From NCBI GenBank assembly GCA_964016885.1, contig OZ024743.1, positions 244,404,001 through 244,468,000 of the forward strand: 64,000 nucleotides of DNA, in the 5' to 3' direction. Under the pieces are notes generated by a model. The model worked only from the letters and a program-made list of their open reading frames with translations. It was not told where the DNA came from and made no database searches. Below are positions 55,016 to 64,000 of the stretch, in pieces. The position numbers and the translations under genes were made by a program. Origin of the DNA: Eledone cirrhosa (lineage: Eukaryota). Within the stretch, counting starts at the first letter, position 1; each line of letters starts with the position of its first letter.

Positions 55016-55740
55016 GGTTTGCTGCATTGCAGGAATGAAAGTCAGTGCTGCAAAGACTGAGACACTCACCCTCTCAAGTAAGCCTGCGCAGTGCACTCTA
55101 CATGTAAATAGAGTTCCACTGAAGCAAGTAGAGAAGTTCAAGTATTTCGGGGTCGTGTTCACGAGTGATGGAAGGCAGGAAGCTGAATTAAGTGCAAGAA
55201 TTGCAGGAGCTGGTGCAGTAATGAGCCAGCTTCAGCATTCAGTAATCAGAAGAAGGGAGGCGGGCGTTAAAGCCAAACTAGCTATCTTCAATTCGGTATT
55301 TGTGTCAACCCATACCTACGGTCATGAATCCTGCGTAATGACTGAAAGAATACGATCGCGAATACAAGCGGCTGAAATGAGGTTCTTCCGAAGGGTCTTT
55401 GAAGTAACGTTACTTAATAGAGTGCGTAAATCGAAGATCAGAGATTCACTCCAGGTAGAGCAGCTACTTTTCCGAATTGAGAGATCACAGCATCGATACT
55501 ATGGACAAGTGGTTAGAATGTCTCGGGAAAGAATCGATGAACAGATTTTACAGGCAAAACCCACCAGGAGTAAACCCTGAGTAAGATGGCTGGATAACAT
55601 TTATGAGCTCGGCTGGTCACCTTGGAGGTCCAGCCAGAGAAATTTGAGACGCTTGCTTCTGACTGGACCCACTGAGTGACGTGCTTGAGGACTCTACCCC
55701 CATGACCCTTCCAGGAGGAATATGTGAACGAAGAAGAAGA
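55016..55740 (+). mobile_element. 5'-truncated RTE LINE (RT C-terminal part plus 3' UTR)
   Basis: GMKVSAAKTE...VEKFKYFGVVFTSDGRQEAE...TYGHES...IQAAEMRFFRR. Ends gaagaagaaga. Same family as 31338-33452. Confidence 0.92.
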
Positions 55741-56870
55741 TTTGCAGGTTTGGTTGACCTCATACGAGGTAATATATTATAAAAGGTTTCTTAAATCTCG
55801 TAATGATAGGGAGCAGTTCTGTGAGGGAAAAAAACATGAAATGAAGAACACAACGTATTGTCCAGTATATGGCCTAATACCTAGTGTTTTGGACTTACGG
55901 TTATAAGATCTGGTGTTCGATTCTTGGACCAGCATTTTGTGTACACGAGCAAATTACTTTACTTCACGTTGTTCCTTTCCCAGGAGTTGCGACCAGCAGA
56001 AAGTATCAGTAATGGAAAAAAACCAATGGAAACATTGTTTCCTTAGTTCGGTCTAAGAATCAGTTCCGTTTCTTTCCTTTAATTTTTGTTCTACTCCCTA
56101 AAAAATGTTTCTGGGATACTCTATCAAGGTGTCTCAGAATAAATTAAATTTACAGCTCACATCTATGCAGGTTCAGTTCTCATCCTACAAAGATTATTGA
56201 ATGTTTTAATGATAAAGGTCCCAGTCTATCATAAAAAGCACCGTTAAATGAAGTGTCTTGCTTAGGAACATAACATACCACCCGGTCCAGGAACCGAACT
56301 CATGAGCTTTGATCATGAGCCCAACACCCTAACTATTAGGCCACGTACCTTCACAAAGAGCTGTAACATACGTTGGTAGTCCGCGTAGGCGTGGAGTTTA
56401 CGGTTATTGTTGTTTAACCTCAGGTCGGCTTTCATCCAGCAGGCATAACCAAAGATGTTCTAGTTGTGTACATTCCAATTTATTTTTGCATGGAATGGGG
56501 TCAGATTCAGAACATTTAGACTACATAATCCAATATATTGTTCTTTTAAGACAGGAGAGTATGATTTGAGGGGTATTTGGTTACTATATATTTGTATGTA
56601 TGCGGGTGTGTATGTATGTGTGCGGTAGAGCATTCTTCAGATGGATGTGATTTGAGTGAATATCATCCCCGTTTAGCGTCCATTTTCCATGCTTGCATGG
56701 GTTAGACGGGTCATCCGCGTCGGGAGACAAGCCAAACCAGAATTAGCGATGACGTAGCCTGCTCCGACGGGACTGTAAATTTAGCCGGGGATTTTACAGC
56801 TCGATGCCCTTCCTAATACCAACCACATTTACAGTGTGGAACTGATATATATATGTTTCATCATCATCCT

Positions 56871-56913
<43 letters not shown>

Positions 56914-57066
56914 ACCTGATTAGTTCTTTCGTTACTTTGGTATTGTGTTATTGAGTTTTACCTACCGCCATTTTCAATTTGTCAAGCTATTTAAACGTAT
57001 GTTATTACTCTAAGGACCTACCCTTATTGAGTGCTTTGCCAAAGCTTCGATTTTACTAAGCTTCTA

Positions 57067-57115
<49 letters not shown>

Positions 57116-57183
57116 GTGTGTGTATATATATATATATGTAAATATATAATATATATATATATACGTATACATATATGCATATA

Positions 57184-57949
57184 TATAATAATAACTAGGA
57201 ATTGATCAACATATATATAAATAAATATAAACATGAAAAATCACAGGAGATAATTTTTACAAGCGTGTAACCACGCATGGCTAGTAGGTAACAAATGAAT
57301 AAAGTTAACTAGAACTTCAAAAATATATACCTTTTAATGATTAATCTTCCCTGTATATATTCCATTAAAGAAATATATTTCACCAATTAATCAGATGGTC
57401 AGTCACGGAAAGTGGATATTATTGGATTATAAACAAGGAAGAACAATATCAAGCGATCCATGTTTACACTTAGAGTCAAAATCTGAAACTGGCCGTTACC
57501 ACGTGTTGATATTACACATCACAGCGGCTTCGTTTCAGTGGCGTGAATAGGTATTCGACAACTAGAAATAGCAGTCAATTCCCTTCAACAGAGTTAGCTC
57601 TACAATTAAGGAGCAGTATTTATATATCTATATCCAAAATTAAGAGAGATTAAAAGAATTCAATCAGAATCGAAATTGTGGGTGTCATTCCTTAACGGAA
57701 TGCGCCATATCGCCCGGAAAATAAGCTCTAGGACTTTGTAGGTACGAGCATTTTATAATAATAACTAGGAATTGATCAACATATATATAAATAAATATAA
57801 ACATGAAAAATCACAGGAGATAATTTTTACAAGCGTGTAACCACGCATGGCTAGTAGGTAACAAATGAATAAAGTTAACTAGAACTTCAAAAATATATAC
57901 CTTTTAATGATTAATCTTCCTAGTTATTATTATAAAATGCTCGTACCTA
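57184..57949. repeat. 167-bp direct repeat (57184-57350 and 57754-57920) plus a 33-bp inverted piece, embedded in (TA)n
   Basis: The direct repeats look identical at a 570-bp offset. Inverted repeat at 57739-57771 and 57917-57949. Confidence 0.9.
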
Positions 57950-58148
57950 GGAGATATATATATATATAGTATATAATATATATATAATAAATATATATAT
58001 ATAATATATATATATAAATGACATAATATAATATATATATAATAAATATATATATATAATATATGCAAAAGTTTTATTTAAAATTGTTGGGTTACAACAA
58101 GTAAATATTTTATAACTGATATAAAGCACTCAACAAGTTTTGGAGTAG

Positions 58149-58468
58149 ATATACGATATTAAACAAATGGAAACTATATTTATAAAACCATATTTATTTC
58201 ATTGTACATATTTCAGGGATACCATATTAAAAATATGGCATGCCTTCAGATAAAATACAATATATAAGCAGTTTTATAAATAAATTTGACGTACCATAAA
58301 TATTGATCAACTTCCATGTGCGAAGTTGGTTTATTTATAAAACTGCTTATATATTGTATTTTATCTGAAGAAGGCATGCCATATTTTTAATATGGTATCC
58401 CTGAAATATGTATAATGAAATAAATATGGTTTTATAAATATAGTTTCCATTTGTTTAATATCGTATAT
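58149..58468. mobile_element. Head-to-head inverted H2 hammerhead element with about 45-bp spacer
   Basis: The + HHR at 58359-58420 reads uuuuau-CUGAAGA-aggcaugccauauu(uuu)aauaugguaucccu-GAA-AUAUGUAU-A^augaaa. The - copy at 58197-58255 has a 3-nt deletion in the core. Confidence 0.85.
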
Positions 58469-58657
58469 ATAATATATATATATAAATGACATAATATAAT
58501 ATATATATAATATATATATATAAATAATATAATATAATATATATATATAAATGATATAATATAATATATATATATATAAATGATATAGTATAATATATAT
58601 AATATAAATGATATAATATAATATATATATATATAAATGATATAGTATAATATTTAT

Positions 58658-58690
<33 letters not shown>

Positions 58691-58825
58691 AATATATATT
58701 ATATATATATAAATGATATAGTATAATATATATATATATAATATATATATATATATATAATATATATATATACATATATATATAAATATATAATATATAT
58801 ATATATAAATGATATAGTATAATAT

Positions 58826-58857
<32 letters not shown>

Positions 58858-59149
58858 ATATGTATGTATATATAATATATATATATATAAATATATATTA
58901 TATATATATATATAATATATATATATATATATTATATATATATAAATATAATATATTTATATTATATATACATACATATTATATATATATATATTATATA
59001 TATATATATAATATATATATATATATTATATATATATATATATATAATATATATATATATATTATATATATATATATATTATAATATTTACTCGTTGTTA
59101 ACCCAACAATTTAAATATAACTTTCCATATATATATATTATATATATAT

Positions 59150-59180
<31 letters not shown>

Positions 59181-59332
59181 ATATATATATTATATATATA
59201 TATATTATACTATATCATTTATATATTTATATATTATATTATATCATTTATATATATATATATTATATTATATCATTTATATATATATAATATATATTTA
59301 TATATATATTATATATATATATATATTATATA

Positions 59333-59518
59333 GGTGAATTGGCAGTATCGGTAGAGGGTTGGACGCCATGCTTTCTAGCATAGTTACGTCCCTTTACGGT
59401 TTGAGTTCAAATCCCGCTGAGGTTAACTTTGCCTTTCATCCTTACGGGGTCGATAAAATAAAGTACCAGTAATGTACTGGGTAATTGCTGGCCTTGTGCC
59501 TAAAGTAGAAACAATTAT
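59333..59518 (+). mobile_element. Family A SINE inserted in the AT satellite
   Basis: Complete A box, B box, core and tail. Confidence 0.9.
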
Positions 59519-60071
59519 ATATATATATATTATATTATATCATTTATATATATATATATTATATCATTTATATATATATATATATTATATAAAATTATAT
59601 ATTATATTATATCATTTATATATATATTATATTATATCATTTATATATATATATTATATAAAATTATATATTATATATATATATTATATATATATATTAT
59701 ATATATATATATATTATATATATATTATATATATATATTATATATATATATATATAGTATATAATATATATATATAATATATATATAATATATATATAAT
59801 ATATATATATATATAATATATATATATATAATATATATATATATATAATATATATATATAAATGACATAATATAATATATATATATATAAGTGATATAAT
59901 ATATTATATATATATATAAGTGATATAATATAATATATATATATATAAATGATATAGTATAATATATATAATATAAATGATATAATATAATATATATATA
60001 TAAATGATATAGTATAATATATATAATATATATATATATATATTATATATATATAAATGATATAGTATAAT

Positions 60072-60105
<34 letters not shown>

Positions 60106-60125
60106 AATGATATAGTATAATATAT

Positions 60126-60157
<32 letters not shown>

Positions 60158-60191
60158 ATATGTATGTATATATAATATATATATATATAGA

Positions 60192-60224
<33 letters not shown>

Positions 60225-60260
60225 GAATAAATATATATATATATAATATATATATATATA

Positions 60261-60306
<46 letters not shown>

Positions 60307-60309
60307 ATA

Positions 60310-60351
<42 letters not shown>

Positions 60352-61268
60352 AGTATATATATATTTTATATATATATTATATATATATATATATATTATA
60401 TATATATATATATTATATATATATATTATATATATATATAAGTATATATATATATTATATATATATATATATATTATATATATTTTATATATATATATTA
60501 TATATATATTACATATATTATATATATATATATATTATATATATATTATATATATATATATTATATATTATATATATTATATATATATATTATATATATA
60601 TATTATATATATTATGTATATATTATATATATATTATATATATTATATATATTATATATATATATTATATTATATATATTATATATATTATATATATATA
60701 TTATATTATATATATTATATATATTATATATATATATTATATTATATATATTATATATATATATATTATATATATATATATTATATATATTATATATATA
60801 TATTATATTATATATATTATATATATATATATATATTATATATATATATATTATATATATTATATATATATTATATATATATATATGCACATACATGAAA
60901 TGTTAATTGAAATGTAGTAAAATCATTATTCAACTTAGTAGTCCATACTTTAAAAAAAGTAGAGCGTAGATATATAATACATATAATCCCTATAGTCGAG
61001 ACTATACAATGTTGGAACGGCTTAAGATTGGCCGTAGGATTTACATATGTAAACGATAGCTGAGATAATATTTTCCGTTTCATAAGACACTGAATAAAAT
61101 ATGTATGTGTGGTTGAGCATCCGTAGCATAGCTGAATATCTGCAATACTGAATTTTTATTTTTTATGTTGTTGTTTTTTTTCAAAATATTTCATCGTTTT
61201 GGTGGTGGATAGAGTCAATGGACTGAGATTTTATCGGATCACTGCTTGCCCCAAATAAAACTAATGAG

Positions 61269-61299
<31 letters not shown>

Positions 61300-64000
61300 T
61301 TAGATCTTTTCCTTGATGTTCTGGACCGTTAAGCATTTATGCACTTAAGCTCTTAACATACCTATATTAATTTCTGTTCCTTTATTCCTTAAGGGTGTGT
61401 CTCTATGTCATTCTGAGTACATTTTTCTTCAGCTGGATTCAATTAGCATTTAGTTACTAATTAAACTGTTTTTCTCGGTGGTTCTCTCCCCACCCTCTCT
61501 GTCTCGGTATTAAACAGGTGTAATGATCCCGCTTACATTTAATCAGGATGTATTGAAAGCAAAATTGCCGCAATAAAAAAAGAACTAATGTGGGACACGA
61601 TAAAGAATTTCTTTTATTTTTCATGTGTTAATCTTGAGGCTGGACAGCTCAGTGTGTTAAGTTCAGTGTGGTTGAAGTTCAGCTTAAATATCTGCCTCTT
61701 TTCTTAAATTCAGAACCATCATAAGATGAGTGTAAGCAGAGCTGATTGGTTAAGAAGCTCGCCTCGCAACAACATTGTCTTTTGGTTCGGTCCCACTGTA
61801 TAATACTTTTGGTATGTGCCTTCTACTATAGGCACGAGTCGACCAAAGCCTTGTGAATGAAATTTGGCAGATGTGGCTCTTCTGAAGTGGTAGATCAAAT
61901 CTGTCACCCAGTTTAACATTACTCACAGACCCTTGGGTGTTATTAGTGGAGTTCACTCTGTTGCGAGCATTTGGGTATGGCCTCTAATATAAATATAACT
62001 TCGTCTCTTCCCTGCACTTGTCTTGGAGGTCTTCAAACCTGTCAAAGATGTTGCTCTTTTTTCTCTGATTAAAAAATAAATAAAAAGGAGCCGATCATCA
62101 TATCTGACCAAGAAAACAATGTTTCCATTAGTCTTTCTATTGATGATACTATGTTTCAGTAACAACACTTAGCAGAAAGAGGCGGGTTTTAAAATCCAAA
62201 TGCCAGTTAAGATACCGCAAAGTATGCCGTCCCACCTTTGAAAAATTCTGCCAATCTACCGCTCCTGGATTGTTACTTTATCAATTTTTAAAGAGTAAAA
62301 AACAAAGTAGCCTTTAACTTGATTTGAACTCAGACCGATACCCTAATGAACCTACAATCCTCTGATTAAACCATGAAATAGAAATAATAAAGAATATATC
62401 TGTAAATCATCTGCCATATATTTTATATATTTCGTCTTTTAATAGTCTTCAAGGTTTGTGGTAAAGACAACATAGGGTTTTCAAATTGAAATGCGTTGCT
62501 AAAAACTAAAATAAACCTAATTACTTGTCAATACAGATGGTTGTTACAATGCTGGATTCATAATCGTAAGGTCTTGTGTTCGATTCTTGAACCTGGAGGC
62601 GAGTTGTGTCCTTCATTAAGACACATAATTCCACGTTGCTCTTGTCCACTCAAATGAAAAGTAAAACCCAAATACCAATATCAACAATAGCTAGGGGTTG
62701 ACCTTGCGACGGAGTGTCGTCGCGATTAGGGAGAAGCCCCGGGACATACTTTAAATATGTTTATCAATAAATTAAGCGTATTGTGATGTTAATGTTAAGG
62801 ATTTGATTGAACCACACGAGCAAAGGCGTAGGAGATAACAAAAAGTAATGAGATTCTTGTATATACAATGATTTAATAAAGTGTTTCATGTCATCGATTC
62901 ATATTAAATTAGATGTGATCATGTGGTCCGTCACTTTAAAGATATGACTAGGAGTGTAAATTACTATGTTTGTTCCAGTTGTTCAGACAACAGAGCAGCC
63001 TGTTTGTGAAATTAACTTGCAGTTAGCTGAGCATGCGCAGATATGTGCACTCTTAAAGTAGTTCTCAGGGCAAGTTAGTGTGACATAATGTGTAACAAAG
63101 CTGACTCTTTGAAAATACCCATCTAATTGGAGGTGAACAATGTGAAATAAAATGTCTTGTGCATAGACTCAACACACCGTCGGGAATTGAACTTACGACC
63201 GTGAGCCGAGCACGCTAAACACTAATTCACGTGCCTTCGCATGCGATAATGTAATATGTATGTATATTATATTACTTGACGATGAATGTTCAGTGTTGTT
63301 GTGGCGTCGGATGAAGTGTCTCAGTATTTGTTCCTACCCACTTCTCTCTAAGTTCAAATTCCGCTAAAGTCAATTTTGGCTTTCATATGTTCGGGGATTA
63401 TAAATTAAGTACCAGTCCATAGGCGGTGGATCGGCTAAATTGTTTAGGAGTTGGGCAGGATGCTTTGCAGAATATGATGTGGTTTTGTGCAATTTAACTT
63501 CAAATTCCACTTCCTTCTGTCAGTTGCAGACCAGTAGACAGTATCAGCAATGGAAAGACCAATGAGAACATTTCTTTGGTCTGATTTGATCTTCTTTTTG
63601 AATTTCTTTCTTTTTTAAATATTAGATTTCTCATAGACAAATTAAACCTAGTTTCATGTTCTTCATTATGTTATTTTGAATATTTGTTTTAGATAAAAGC
63701 TCCACAGCAATCTTGTAGTGAATTCGGATTTAGAGTACCAGTCAACTGACTGTTTTATCGTTCTGTTTGGTTTTATGTTACTTTCATTTAACAATAAAAG
63801 TAAAACAACACCAAACAACAAAATGGTCAGGATGAATAAATTTTGAAGTTGGTGCCTACTTCAGTTTTCGGTGAAGAAATTGATTCTGTAACAATATGCG
63901 ATTATTTCGGGGCTTTAAGGATACTAGGTTGTAGTGTCGGGAATGGGCTTTGCGGTATTTGTTCTGGCTTTTTACGTTCTAAGTTCAAATCCCGCCGAGG

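Larger units (their letters stand above)
57955..60886. repeat. About 2.9-kb degenerate (TA)-rich satellite with blocks in alternating orientation
   Basis: aaatgatataatataat units forward and attatattatatcattt units reverse. Interrupted by the HHR element and a SINE. Confidence 0.9.

Overview
AT-rich, repeat-dense eukaryotic non-coding DNA. The SINE types and the (TA)n/(CA)n microsatellite load resemble an octopod cephalopod genome (inference from memory, not a database match). There is one 200-N scaffold gap. I found no convincing host protein-coding exon, and almost every ORF in the track is a micro- or minisatellite artefact. The recognisable content is decayed retroelements (three RTE LINE copies, Tx1/L1, CR1/L2, CRE and R4/Dong fragments), several tRNA-derived SINE families, hAT-, piggyBac- and Helitron-like non-autonomous DNA elements, and a 73-74 bp C-rich minisatellite. 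The strongest unexpected signal is a dispersed set of about a dozen type I hammerhead ribozyme motifs (CUGANGA...GAAA...UH). They fall into at least two families with covarying stems and palindromic, dimer-type stem III. They sit in short ORF-less elements next to (TA)n tracts, often as fold-back inverted repeats, and share a TYGAGTRCTY motif near the 3' end. They are most likely non-autonomous Penelope-like (pLTR/retrozyme-type) elements. All coordinates were read by eye, so repeat boundaries are approximate.
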